This document shows positions 20,728 to 30,084 of a stretch of 64,000 bases of DNA, one piece after another. The notes beneath the pieces were generated by a model that had not been told where the DNA came from, did not search any database, and worked only from the letters and a program-made list of their open reading frames with translations. The stretch comes from Acidobacteriota bacterium (GTDB taxonomy: Bacteria > Acidobacteriota > UBA6911). Within the stretch, counting starts at the first letter, position 1, and each line of letters begins with the position of its first letter. The translations under genes and the position numbers were made by a program. Location: assembly GCA_963664705.1 (NCBI GenBank), contig OY761556.1, positions 4,288,001-4,352,000 on the forward strand. Direction: 5' to 3'.

Positions 20728-22632
20728 CTATTCCTCTAAAGTGGAGGTATCGCCTTCACTCAAGCCCTGCATGCGAGCTTTCAGAACGCGCCGAAGTATT
20801 TTGCCCGACCGCGTTTTGGGCAACTTCTCGACAAACCTGATTTCCTCGGGTTTGGCGATAGGTCCCATTTCAGAGCCTACATACTGCCGCAGTTCTTCTT
20901 CCAGTTCCTTGGATGCAGTGAAGCCCTGCTTCAGAAGGACAAAAGTGTGGATGGCCTGTCCCTTGACCTCATGAGGCAAACCAATGGCAGCGGCCTCCGC
21001 CACGGCGGGATGGGAAGTGAGCGCCGATTCAATCTCCGCAGTCCCCAATCGGTACCCGGATACCTTGATCACTTCATCAACGCGCCCTATGATCCAATAA
21101 TATCCATCTTTGTCACACCGCGCCGAATCGCCAGTAAAGTATACATCCTTGAAGCGTGACCAGTATTGCTGGACATAGCGATCCGGGTCGCCGTAAATCG
21201 TGCGAAGCATTGCGGGCCAGGGTCGCTTCAGCACCAGATACCCTTCTTCGCCCGCTTTTACAGAATTCCCATTCTCATCAACAATATCGGCCTCCTGTCC
21301 AAAAAACGGACGCGTGCCGGACCCGGGCTTCAACGGCAGCGATGGTACGGGTGTAATCATGAACATGCCGGTTTCCGTTTGCCACCAGGTATCCATGATC
21401 GGGCAGCGCTCTTTCCCGATGTTCTTGTAATACCAGCGCCACGCCTCCGGATTAATGGGTTCGCCAACCGATCCAAGCAATCTGAGCGAGGACAGATCGC
21501 GTCGGTTAGGCCAAGCCTCACCAAAGCGCATGAGTCCGCGAATGGCTGTGGGAGAGGTATAGAACACATTGACGCCATACTTTTCCACCATTGACCACCA
21601 ACGATCCGGGTACGGGAAGGTCGGAGCGCCTTCGTACAAAATCTCGGATGCGCCGAGCAGCAAGGGCCCATAGACGATGTACGAATGCCCGGTGATCCAC
21701 CCGGGATCAGCCGCACACCAATAACGATCTTCATCCCTCAGATCAAAAACGCATTTTAGGGTCGTGGCAACGCCGACCTGATAACCTCCATGGGTGTGGA
21801 TGATCGCCTTCGGCTTGCCCGTTGTCCCGGACGTATAAAGCATGAACAAGGGATCTTCAGAATCCAGCACCTCCGTTGGACAGCGCCAGTCGGCGATCGG
21901 TAATGCCATCAGGTCATGCCACCACATGTCGCGCCCTTCTTCCATATCGATGGGCTGCCCCGTGCGTTTGAAGACGACGACATGCTCCACTATCGGGGCT
22001 CGACGGATGGCTTCATCGGCAATCTTTTTCAGTTCGACGATCTTGCCGTTGACATAGGACCCGTCACAGGTGATCACCACACGCGACAGCGAGTCTTCGA
22101 TGCGTCCATGAAGAGCTTCCGTGGAAAATCCGCCATACACCACCGAATGAACGGCGCCTATCTTGGCGCAGGCCAGCATGGCGATAGGCAGTTCCGGAAC
22201 CCGGCCCATATAGATGGTGACCCGATCCCCCTTCCGCACGCCGAGCGCTTTCAGCACGCTGGCGAATTTGCTCACTTCCCGATTCAGCGCAAAATAAGAA
22301 AAAGTTCGCTGTTCTCCCTTTTCCCCCTCCCAGATCAGGGCCAGTTTATTGCGACGCGCTGTTTTCAAATGACGGTCAATAGCGTTGTAGACAATGTTCG
22401 TTTTCGCATCGACGAACCATTTGAAAAAAGGCTTCTTTGAATCATCCAGAACCTTTGTCCATGGGCGATGCCAGTCAATCAGCTCTTTGGCGCACTGCTC
22501 CCAAAAACCAAGATAATCTGCGTCGGCGCGGCGAGCGACTTCATTCCAGTCCTTGATATATGCGCTAGACAGAATGTCCGGTGAAGGATAGTACACTTCC
22601 TCGCGCGAAACCTCGACCACCTGATCGGCCAT
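20728..22632 (-). CDS. acs: Acetyl-CoA synthetase (AMP-forming)
   Basis: YTSGTTGKPK, GWITGHSY, DTWWQTETG and LPKTRSGK. Confidence 0.96.
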   Translation of the reverse strand: MADQVVEVSREEVYYPSPDILSSAYIKDWNEVARRADADYLGFWEQCAKELIDWHRPWTKVLDDSKKPFFKWFVDAKTNIVYNAIDRHLKTARRNKLALIWEGEKGEQRTFSYFALNREVSKFASVLKALGVRKGDRVTIYMGRVPELPIAMLACAKIGAVHSVVYGGFSTEALHGRIEDSLSRVVITCDGSYVNGKIVELKKIADEAIRRAPIVEHVVVFKRTGQPIDMEEGRDMWWHDLMALPIADWRCPTEVLDSEDPLFMLYTSGTTGKPKAIIHTHGGYQVGVATTLKCVFDLRDEDRYWCAADPGWITGHSYIVYGPLLLGASEILYEGAPTFPYPDRWWSMVEKYGVNVFYTSPTAIRGLMRFGEAWPNRRDLSSLRLLGSVGEPINPEAWRWYYKNIGKERCPIMDTWWQTETGMFMITPVPSLPLKPGSGTRPFFGQEADIVDENGNSVKAGEEGYLVLKRPWPAMLRTIYGDPDRYVQQYWSRFKDVYFTGDSARCDKDGYYWIIGRVDEVIKVSGYRLGTAEIESALTSHPAVAEAAAIGLPHEVKGQAIHTFVLLKQGFTASKELEEELRQYVGSEMGPIAKPEEIRFVEKLPKTRSGKILRRVLKARMQGLSEGDTSTLEE

Positions 22633-22828
22633 AATCCGTCTCCCTGTTCTGATACTTCTGGTTCTTGCCGTTGATAAAACTGAGAAATCTAACGAATACC
22701 CCTCGATGAGGCTTTGTAGCTATTATGCCACAATGTAGCAACGAGGGGCCTGAAGAAGTGAAGTGGGGGGGGGCTTGAAGGCTCCGGAACTCCGGGAAGC
22801 CCGGAACCTTCAAGGTATTCGAATTCGC

Positions 22829-24283
22829 CTACTTTGAGGAGCCTGACTTCAACAGTTCAATCTGCCCCTTGCGCGCCAGGTCAATGGCCTCCCCAAGAAT
22901 GCGGCTTGCCTCCTGGGGCGCATGGAATCCCATTGAATTTTCAGCATTGACGAAATCAACGCGCCATTGAGCACTGCGCTGCATCTCCCGCACAGCCTGC
23001 AGCTGCGCATCCGTTTTGCCGGATGCCTTTGCCGCTGAAATCGCTTGGATCAGATCGACGGCAGCATCTTCCGCACGGAGCAAAAGATTGTGATTCCGTT
23101 CCTGGATGATCTCCACCCTCGATTTGATTTCCTCTTCCGAGAAACGATGGCAGACCTGGCAGGAGTTGGAAATATTCAGTAGCGGGCTGCGCACGGAATG
23201 ATTACTGATTTTAATTGCCCCTTCCCTCGTATAGGGCATGTGACAATCGGCGCAAGCCACACCGCTGCGGGCATGAATGCCCTGGCTCCACATTTCGAAT
23301 TCCGGATGCTGAGCTTTCAGAACCTCCGCACCGCTTTCCGCATGCTTCCAGTCATAAAAGCGGTTGCCGTCACTGAATTTGTAGCTGTTGTAGTAGGCCT
23401 CAATTTCCTCGACCTTCAATCCATTGTTCCACGGATAAAAGAGCGTGGCCTTGGGTCCGCAGTAATATTCCACATGGCATTGCGCGCACACCAGCGATCG
23501 CATTTCCTGGCGCGAGGCCAGGGTATTGGGATCATACGGCTCCTCGCGGCTGCTCGTCCGCCATTTCTCGATGGAAGGCAGATGCGCCACCGAGGCTGTT
23601 GATGTCGCCAGGGAGCGTATTCCCAGAATAAATCCGGGGCGCGTTACACGCAGTTGCATCGATTTGGGATCGTGGCAGTCAATGCAGGCCACCGGATGCT
23701 CCACAAGCTTGGTTGCTTCGGAGTACGGCATCGTGCCGATTTTTTCGAAGCCCTTCAGCAATTGCATATAGCCATTCGCACTGACCACCGGATCGTCGAG
23801 ATTGCCGGGAGCGCCATTCTCCAGGCCAACCTTGCGGTAAACTCCAACGTTCGAGGCATGGCACTGCAGACAGGCTCCAGTCTGTTTGAACGGAAGCTGT
23901 ACGCGCTTGGTCTCGCGCTGATCGGACAACATATACGCGTGACCGCGCCGCGCCCGGAAATCCACCGAGAAGGCATATCCCGCAAAAATCGTCTTCAGGC
24001 GGGGATCCTGGACCAATTTATCCGTTGCCAGCGATTCAGATCCACCACCGCCGTATTTTGTACCGGTGCGCTCTGCCGTGCGCTTGTAGCCATCATACTG
24101 GCGCGGAAAATTCTTTCCCCATTCGGCAGGATCTACGGTCCGCTCTGTTAGGTCGACAATTTTGAATACAACCTGCTTGGATTCTTCCTTGCGCGTGGCG
24201 ATCTGCTCTCGCATCCAGAGAACAGCAGCAGTCGCGATCGCCACCAATGCGATAATGATAATCGGAGAGTATTTTTTGCTCAT
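22829..24283 (-). CDS. nrfA: Cytochrome c552 ammonia-forming nitrite reductase (CxxCH-type first haem)
   Basis: Five haem motifs (CLQCH, CIDCH, CAQCH, CADCH, CQVCH); RGHAY, HVEYY, KAQHPEFE and AENSMGFHAP. Confidence 0.93.
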   Translation of the reverse strand: MSKKYSPIIIIALVAIATAAVLWMREQIATRKEESKQVVFKIVDLTERTVDPAEWGKNFPRQYDGYKRTAERTGTKYGGGGSESLATDKLVQDPRLKTIFAGYAFSVDFRARRGHAYMLSDQRETKRVQLPFKQTGACLQCHASNVGVYRKVGLENGAPGNLDDPVVSANGYMQLLKGFEKIGTMPYSEATKLVEHPVACIDCHDPKSMQLRVTRPGFILGIRSLATSTASVAHLPSIEKWRTSSREEPYDPNTLASRQEMRSLVCAQCHVEYYCGPKATLFYPWNNGLKVEEIEAYYNSYKFSDGNRFYDWKHAESGAEVLKAQHPEFEMWSQGIHARSGVACADCHMPYTREGAIKISNHSVRSPLLNISNSCQVCHRFSEEEIKSRVEIIQERNHNLLLRAEDAAVDLIQAISAAKASGKTDAQLQAVREMQRSAQWRVDFVNAENSMGFHAPQEASRILGEAIDLARKGQIELLKSGSSK

Positions 24284-24297
24284 ATCCGGTATAACCC

Positions 24298-24741
24298 TCA
24301 GCGGTTGGGCCCATGCCCGACACTGTCATGGCAGCGGACACAGTAAAGTTCTTCGTCTTTAATTGTCCTGTGCGCGGTTATCTCCCGAACAAACTGCTTG
24401 TGACAATACAGGCAGTTCGCATTCAATACCGCGGCATTCGCGGTCTTGATGCGAATGGGCTCGTCAAAATTCATCAATGTGAAGGCAACAGAGTGATGAT
24501 ATCCGTTGCTGGCCTTGGTCGTCCATTTGCCGATGAAATCGTGCGGCATGTGACAGTCGCCACAGACAGCAAAGGAGTGATGGCTGGCTTTCTGCCAGCC
24601 GTCATATTCGCTGCGCATGATGTGGCAATTGACGCAAGCCTCTGGATTGTTCGACAGATAGGATGCCCCGCGGGCGTAGAAAAACGTATAGCCGCCTGCA
24701 CCCAGGAAAACTCCAATTATTGCACTCAGCAGCAATTTCAT
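24298..24741 (-). CDS. nrfH: Cytochrome c nitrite reductase small subunit (NapC/NirT family)
   Basis: N-terminal TM helix, [16 protein letters not shown], four CxxCH motifs; directly upstream of nrfA. Confidence 0.93.
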   Translation of the reverse strand: MKLLLSAIIGVFLGAGGYTFFYARGASYLSNNPEACVNCHIMRSEYDGWQKASHHSFAVCGDCHMPHDFIGKWTTKASNGYHHSVAFTLMNFDEPIRIKTANAAVLNANCLYCHKQFVREITAHRTIKDEELYCVRCHDSVGHGPNR

Positions 24742-24848
24742 ATCATGAAAAACAGTTAATTTTTGACTGGAGCAGAGAGTATCACAGATTTGCGAAATCT
24801 TCGATACCATGGACCGCACGAATGCCCTGCGTCAATGCCTCCGGCTTC

Positions 24849-25799
24849 CTAGACGGCAGCCAGGAGCGCTCGTTTGACGAGCGTCTTGGCGATCTGGACT
24901 TTGTACTTGGTGGCACTCAACGGCTTGGCGTCTTCAACCGCAGCCGCGCCGGCCGCTTCGGCATTGGCTTCATTGATAGCCTTGCCTGCGATCGCCGCTT
25001 CGGCCTTGACCGCGCGATACGGTTTCGGGGCAACGGCATTCAGAGCAATCCTCGGAGCTCCTCCCCCCACCATCACGGCACAGTTGACGATCGGGAAATC
25101 GATCGACTTGCGGATGGCGAATTTGAGAAAAGCGCTCTTGGCACCGGCCGGAGGGGTCGGGACCTGGATTTCGGTGATGAATTCGCCGGCAGCGAGAACG
25201 GTGTTGCCGGGGAATTTGACATCAAAGAAATTCTCGGCATTGATCTTGCGCGTGTTGGTCACCACGGAGGCATTCAAAGCAATGAGAGCCGGGGCGACGT
25301 CGCTGGGATGAACGGCGATGCACTTGTTGACGTTGCCGAAGATGGAGTGATAGCGGTTGTCGCCCATCATAGCAAAGCAGGTCGTGCCACCCTTGCGGAC
25401 GCAAGGGAACCGGTTTTCCGGCTTCCGGAAGTACCAGCAGCGGTGGAGCTGAGCGATGTTGCCGCCGATGGTGCCCATGTCGCGGACATGGGGCGTGGCG
25501 ACGCGCAGAGCTGCCTGAGCCAGAGCGGTGTATTTCGCATTGATGTCCTTGTTGGCGGTGATATCCGCAAGGCGTGTGGTGGCACCGATTTTCAGGATAC
25601 CGGCTTCTTCCTTGATGTAATCGAGACCCGGGGTAACGGTCTTGATGTTAATCACGGCTTCGGGGTACGTGGGAAGGATGTTGTCCTTGAGCCGGCCGAT
25701 GAGATCGGTGCCCCCGGCAATGATTTCTGTTTTTCCGCCGGCAAGGGCAGTTTTGACCTCGGCCAGGGTTTTTGCATTCGTATGATTGAAACCTTTCAT
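24849..25799 (-). CDS. Xanthine dehydrogenase family FAD-binding subunit (PaoB/HcrB-like, with 4Fe-4S insert), copy 1
   Basis: AGGTDL, TIGGNIAQ, RCWYFR...C...C...C insert, HPSD and AIRKSIDFPIVNCA. Confidence 0.92.
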   Translation of the reverse strand: MKGFNHTNAKTLAEVKTALAGGKTEIIAGGTDLIGRLKDNILPTYPEAVINIKTVTPGLDYIKEEAGILKIGATTRLADITANKDINAKYTALAQAALRVATPHVRDMGTIGGNIAQLHRCWYFRKPENRFPCVRKGGTTCFAMMGDNRYHSIFGNVNKCIAVHPSDVAPALIALNASVVTNTRKINAENFFDVKFPGNTVLAAGEFITEIQVPTPPAGAKSAFLKFAIRKSIDFPIVNCAVMVGGGAPRIALNAVAPKPYRAVKAEAAIAGKAINEANAEAAGAAAVEDAKPLSATKYKVQIAKTLVKRALLAAV

Positions 25800-25811
25800 G
25801 AGTGTCTCCTC

Positions 25812-26537
25812 CTATGCCTTGCCCATAGCCTGAGCGGCTTCCATAATTGCGGTAGGATGCCGCGGGTAGGTTCCGCAGCAGCAGATATTGCCGGCGAGAG
25901 CCTGTTTGCAGTCATTCTCGGTCGGGTTGGGATTCTTCTGCAGCAGAGCCTTGGCCGAAACGACGAAGCCCGGAGTGCAGTAGCCGCACTGCATCGCGTC
26001 CCACTTGCAGTAGGACTGGATGAGGGAGCGCCATTTGGGATCGGCAGCAATGCCTTCAACGGTCTCGATGGATTTGCCCTCGCATTCGACCGCCAGGGTC
26101 GAGCAGGAGAGGACGGTTCTGCCGTCAATGTTCACGGAGCAGGAACCGCATACGCCGCGGTCGCACATCTGCTTGGCTCCGGTAAGACCGAGTTTGAACT
26201 GCAGGGTGCGCTGAAGAGTCCAATGGGGCTCGATGAGAACTTCGTAGTCCTTGCCATTGACTTTGAGCTTGGTGGTAATGGGAAGGACCTGTCCGGGATG
26301 CGCCTGGGCGAAATGGGCCTTGAGGCCGCCGTAGGTGTTGAAATCCTTGGCGCAGATCGGGCACCTGAAATTGGTGATGGTCGAAGGGGCCTCTGCAGCA
26401 GCAGCGGCAGCCGCTTCGGTAGACAGGGTCAGACCTGCTCCCAGAGAACTGCCGGCAACCACAGCACCGGCGCTTTTAAGGAAGTTTCTTCTTCCTATCC
26501 CAACTCGTTCACTTCCACGGTCGTCTTGATCGGTCAT
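25812..26537 (-). CDS. Xanthine dehydrogenase family [2Fe-2S] subunit with Tat signal and C2H2 zinc finger, copy 1
   Basis: GRRNFLK Tat motif; FRCPICAKDFNTYGGLKAHFAQAH; CDRGVCGSC, QCGYCTPG and GNICCCG. Confidence 0.92.
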   Translation of the reverse strand: MTDQDDRGSERVGIGRRNFLKSAGAVVAGSSLGAGLTLSTEAAAAAAAEAPSTITNFRCPICAKDFNTYGGLKAHFAQAHPGQVLPITTKLKVNGKDYEVLIEPHWTLQRTLQFKLGLTGAKQMCDRGVCGSCSVNIDGRTVLSCSTLAVECEGKSIETVEGIAADPKWRSLIQSYCKWDAMQCGYCTPGFVVSAKALLQKNPNPTENDCKQALAGNICCCGTYPRHPTAIMEAAQAMGKA

Positions 26538-26586
26538 ATTGAGCTCCTATTCCTTGGTAGATTAGTCCCACGGCGAACCTGTGTAA

Positions 26587-26600
26587 TTGACCTAAGTCAA
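26587..26600. promoter_or_regulatory. Crp/Fnr-type palindrome upstream of the Tat-[2Fe-2S] gene
   Basis: TTGAC-CTAA-GTCAA perfect inverted half-sites 50 bp upstream of the start. Confidence 0.6.
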
Positions 26601-26698
26601 GAATACAGAGGAAATATGTTGCAAATCAGAGACGCCCCCCACTCGTCTCCCGGGCTTGCTTCCCTTGCCTTCCTTCCCGGAATCCCCGGATTCGGCAA

Positions 26699-28012
26699 TC
26701 AGTTTGTCCCAGCATGAAGCACCGACTCCTTATGCTTTTGACTATCCGATCTCAGGGCAAGCGCAAGGCAGGCAAGAATAATCAAAGCACACCCCAAAGT
26801 GGTTACAGCCCCCGCATAGCTGCCGGTTGCGGTCTTGATATATCCGACCACCGTAGGCCCAACAAATCCGCCCAGGTTTCCCACTGAATTGATCCATGCA
26901 ATTCCAGCAGCGGCCGCGGTGCCACCCAGGGATGCAGTGCTGAGGGCCCAAAATGGCCCTACCATGGATTTGACGCCGGCAAATGCCAGTGCCAATGCCG
27001 CCAACGAAAGAACCATATTGGAAGTATGCGCGCTGGCAATGAATCCCAAAGCGCCGGCCAGAGCAGCAACGGCAATATGCCAGCGGCGCTCATCCTGGAG
27101 ATCGGAATGCCGGCCATTCAATACCATCAGGACGGTAGCGACAATGTATGGAATTCCATTAAGCAGGCCAATGCGGAATTCGCTCAGATCCGAAAAACTC
27201 TTAATGATTTGGGGAAGCCACATCTCAAACCCATAGCCTCCGACATTAAGCAGGAAATAGATGCCGCACAGCAGCCAAACACGACCGCTGGTAAAAGCAT
27301 CCGCCAGGCGGTGTTTGCCGGCCGGCATGGCTTTCTGTTCCGCTTCGAGTTCCGAAATGAGCCGGCTTTTCTCCTCTGCCGTCAACCAGCCTGCCTTCCC
27401 GGGTCCATCGGGAAGCACCCAAAAAATAAGAATGCCTACCAGCACGGCAGGAATCCCTTCCAGAAGAAAGAGCCACTGCCAACCGGCCAGGCCGCGAAGC
27501 CCATCGAGCTGGAGCAATTTGCCTGAAACCGGCGAGTTGATAAAGCCGGACAATGTGGCAGCTGTGGAAAACAGAGCCACGGTTCGAGCCCTGTCTCGGG
27601 CTGGGAACCAGTAGGTCAGATATAAAATCACCCCCGGGAAAAAACCCGCCTCCGCGGCGCCCAGCAGAAAGCGCATCCAGTAAAATCCCGTAGGATTTTT
27701 GATAAACATCATGCAGGAGGAAACAATGCCCCACAGCACCATGATGCGGGCAATCCAGATCCGGGCACCAATCCTGTGTAGAATGAGGTTGCTTGGCACT
27801 TCGAAGAAGAAGTATCCGATAAAAAACAATCCTGAGCCCCATCCGTAGATCTGGTAATACTTGGACGAATCCACACCGAAAGCTTTCTGAAGCTGGAGCC
27901 CGGCAAATCCTACGTTGATCCGATCAATGTACGCAATGATATAGCAGAGAAACAGCAGCGGAATCAGCCGCCAGGATACTTTGGAAAGAGTTTCTTCCAG
28001 GTCGGACCTCAT
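26699..28012 (-). CDS. MFS transporter, anion:cation symporter family (TtuB-like)
   Basis: AYIDRINVGFA, FEVPSN, GARIWIARIM, RFLLGAAEAGFFPG and GWQWLFLLEG. Confidence 0.92.
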   Translation of the reverse strand: MRSDLEETLSKVSWRLIPLLFLCYIIAYIDRINVGFAGLQLQKAFGVDSSKYYQIYGWGSGLFFIGYFFFEVPSNLILHRIGARIWIARIMVLWGIVSSCMMFIKNPTGFYWMRFLLGAAEAGFFPGVILYLTYWFPARDRARTVALFSTAATLSGFINSPVSGKLLQLDGLRGLAGWQWLFLLEGIPAVLVGILIFWVLPDGPGKAGWLTAEEKSRLISELEAEQKAMPAGKHRLADAFTSGRVWLLCGIYFLLNVGGYGFEMWLPQIIKSFSDLSEFRIGLLNGIPYIVATVLMVLNGRHSDLQDERRWHIAVAALAGALGFIASAHTSNMVLSLAALALAFAGVKSMVGPFWALSTASLGGTAAAAGIAWINSVGNLGGFVGPTVVGYIKTATGSYAGAVTTLGCALIILACLALALRSDSQKHKESVLHAGTN

Positions 28013-28110
28013 CGGGATCTCCTAGGCCTTAATGTATCGGATGCGTGGCTATATTATGAAAAGCAAACCGCGGAAGACATGGAAAAGAGCAGAGAGCTCT
28101 GAAATAATCG

Positions 28111-29052
28111 CTACTTCCCGGCACCCTTCGAGAGGCTTTGGTTGGTCCGCATCAGGTTCTGGAACACTTCCTGGTACGAAGCCTTCTCCTTGAGGCTTGC
28201 ATACGAGCCGGGGAAATAGGTCAGGGTAATATCGGCGGCTCCATCCTCAAAGGCATTCAGGACCACGGCCGCTCTCTGATCATGCGGCAGCCTTGTGTTG
28301 TCGATCATTGGAAAATCAAAAAATCCCACCCAGAACTCCGCTGCGCTTGTTTCGCTGGCCCCACCGTCTCCCTGTGTCTTGATCTCCAGACGCACCTTGA
28401 GCTGCCGTGTCTGCTGATCCGCAGCAAGAACGCGAAGCGAAAACACGCGCGTAATATCATTCAGAGTAAGCGTGGCATCATCCAGGGCGAATCCGCCGGG
28501 ATTCTTTTTCAGACCTTCGAGATCAATCATGCAATCGAATTTCTGTCCGGCGCCTTCCAAAACCAGCATCTGCTTCCGGCTGATCTCGGTTGCCACGCGG
28601 TAAAGACGGTCCAGGTACTGTTTCTTTTGTGAATCGCCCGAACTGACAATCTGCCTTTCCAGGTAGACAAACAGCGGCTTCAGATTCAGAGATTCATGAA
28701 AATTATAGGAAAGCAGTTCCAGGTTCAGCACGCGCTCGTCCAGCGAGGCGGCTCCCGGACGAAGAAACGACTGGATGATGGAAACAAACATATCCTTGCG
28801 AAGCGCGCTTTCCGCTTCTTCGCGCTTGCTCATCAATTCAACCCAGACGCGGGTATTAGTGTCCGTGATCTGCTGACGTTCACGCTCTTTGGCCTCCCGG
28901 ATCTCCCTGTCTTTCAGATAATTGGAGCCGATAAGACCGATGAGCGCCACCGTTACCGCCGTTATCAGACCACCGCTGGACTGCAGGACAATGCCGATCT
29001 TTTCCCAAATATCCCGCTTCTTAGGCTGTTCGTTCTCAATTTCTTCCGACAT
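28111..29052 (-). CDS. Hypothetical membrane-anchored protein
   Basis: 313 aa; one N-terminal TM helix, then a coiled-coil and a globular domain; directly downstream of the 29056 gene. Confidence 0.7.
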   Translation of the reverse strand: MSEEIENEQPKKRDIWEKIGIVLQSSGGLITAVTVALIGLIGSNYLKDREIREAKERERQQITDTNTRVWVELMSKREEAESALRKDMFVSIIQSFLRPGAASLDERVLNLELLSYNFHESLNLKPLFVYLERQIVSSGDSQKKQYLDRLYRVATEISRKQMLVLEGAGQKFDCMIDLEGLKKNPGGFALDDATLTLNDITRVFSLRVLAADQQTRQLKVRLEIKTQGDGGASETSAAEFWVGFFDFPMIDNTRLPHDQRAAVVLNAFEDGAADITLTYFPGSYASLKEKASYQEVFQNLMRTNQSLSKGAGK

Positions 29053-29055
29053 TGT

Positions 29056-29382
29056 CTATTTCCTTTTCAGCGTCATTTTCCCACCGGCCGTCTCGACCAC
29101 ATAATCGTACCGGGTGGCTTTTTCAAAACTGAATACGTCGGCGGTCGGCTTTTGGTCCTTATAAAAGGCCGTCAGCAAACCTTTTCCCTTCTCCGCCGCA
29201 AAAATGTGATAGGTTCCGGTTTTGTCGATGATTCCCGTAAAGGTTTTCCCGGCGACGGTTACTTCCACCTTGGTACCTTCGGGAACCGCCTTGTTTCCAT
29301 CCACGATGGTTCCGAAGATCTCGCCGCCCATTGCCATGGAAGCTAAGGAAAAAACAAGTGCCGTGCAGATCAACAATTTCAT
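29056..29382 (-). CDS. Small secreted beta-sandwich protein (carboxypeptidase-regulatory-like)
   Basis: Signal peptide; GEIFGTIVDG...V.V...DKTGTYHI; GGAGG RBS. Confidence 0.7.
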   Translation of the reverse strand: MKLLICTALVFSLASMAMGGEIFGTIVDGNKAVPEGTKVEVTVAGKTFTGIIDKTGTYHIFAAEKGKGLLTAFYKDQKPTADVFSFEKATRYDYVVETAGGKMTLKRK

Positions 29383-29547
29383 TGTACCCTCCCGATTGTT
29401 ATCCTGGTCACTCTACCGCAACAACTGAAAAAAACAAATCGCGCCCTGATCCAATTTCCCGGGCAATTTCGCATTCAAGAATAGGCCGACAATACGGCCG
29501 ATCAAAAACACCTCATTAAGTTTCAGAAATTCAGGAGGAAAATAACA

Positions 29548-30039
29548 ATGCAACGACACCTAATAATTGTCATAGCTGCATCCCTATTCCTTCTCGCTGC
29601 CTCCCTGGCGCATGCCGAGGATGGTAGCCACGGCGGTCAGGGGTATGTCTTTTTCGCTCCGGGAGCGCTGGTTCAAAATGGAAGCCACTTGGGAATGGTG
29701 CATTTTGGAGGTGGTGGAGAAGGGTTGCTTTACAAAGGCCTGGGCGCGGGAGCGGAATTGGGATATGTCGCCCCATGGCAGGAAACTTCCAACGGCATCG
29801 GACTGCTCTCCTTAAATGGCTCGTACCAATTCCAGCGAAACCGGAAGGTTTCTCCGTTCGTTACGCTCGGTTATTCGCTTGGCTTTCGCAGCGGTCACAT
29901 CAACATGATCAATTTTGGCGGAGGCGCACACTGGTGGTTTGCCAACAGGGTTGGACTTCGTATGGAATTTCGCGACCATCTCTACAGCAGAACCGATCTC
30001 CATTACCTGGAAGGCAGAATCGGGCTGTCATTCAGATAA
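29548..30039 (+). CDS. Outer membrane beta-barrel protein (8-stranded type)
   Basis: Signal peptide, alternating aromatic/Gly strands, SPFVTLG, NFGGG, GLRMEFRD and terminal GLSFR; AGGAGG RBS. Confidence 0.78.
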   Translation: MQRHLIIVIAASLFLLAASLAHAEDGSHGGQGYVFFAPGALVQNGSHLGMVHFGGGGEGLLYKGLGAGAELGYVAPWQETSNGIGLLSLNGSYQFQRNRKVSPFVTLGYSLGFRSGHINMINFGGGAHWWFANRVGLRMEFRDHLYSRTDLHYLEGRIGLSFR

Positions 30040-30084
30040 ACAGGAATGTTGGATTCGTGAAATGCACGGCCGAAGCCCTGGATT

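Noticed and set aside
22765-22773. G9 homopolymer upstream of acs
   Set aside because: Intergenic, about 130 bp from the start of a housekeeping gene, with no evidence for phase variation.
24663-26717. 684 aa plus-strand ORF
   Set aside because: Antisense shadow of the well-supported FAD and [2Fe-2S] genes; no motifs; expected from strong codon bias. It is not the missing Mo subunit.
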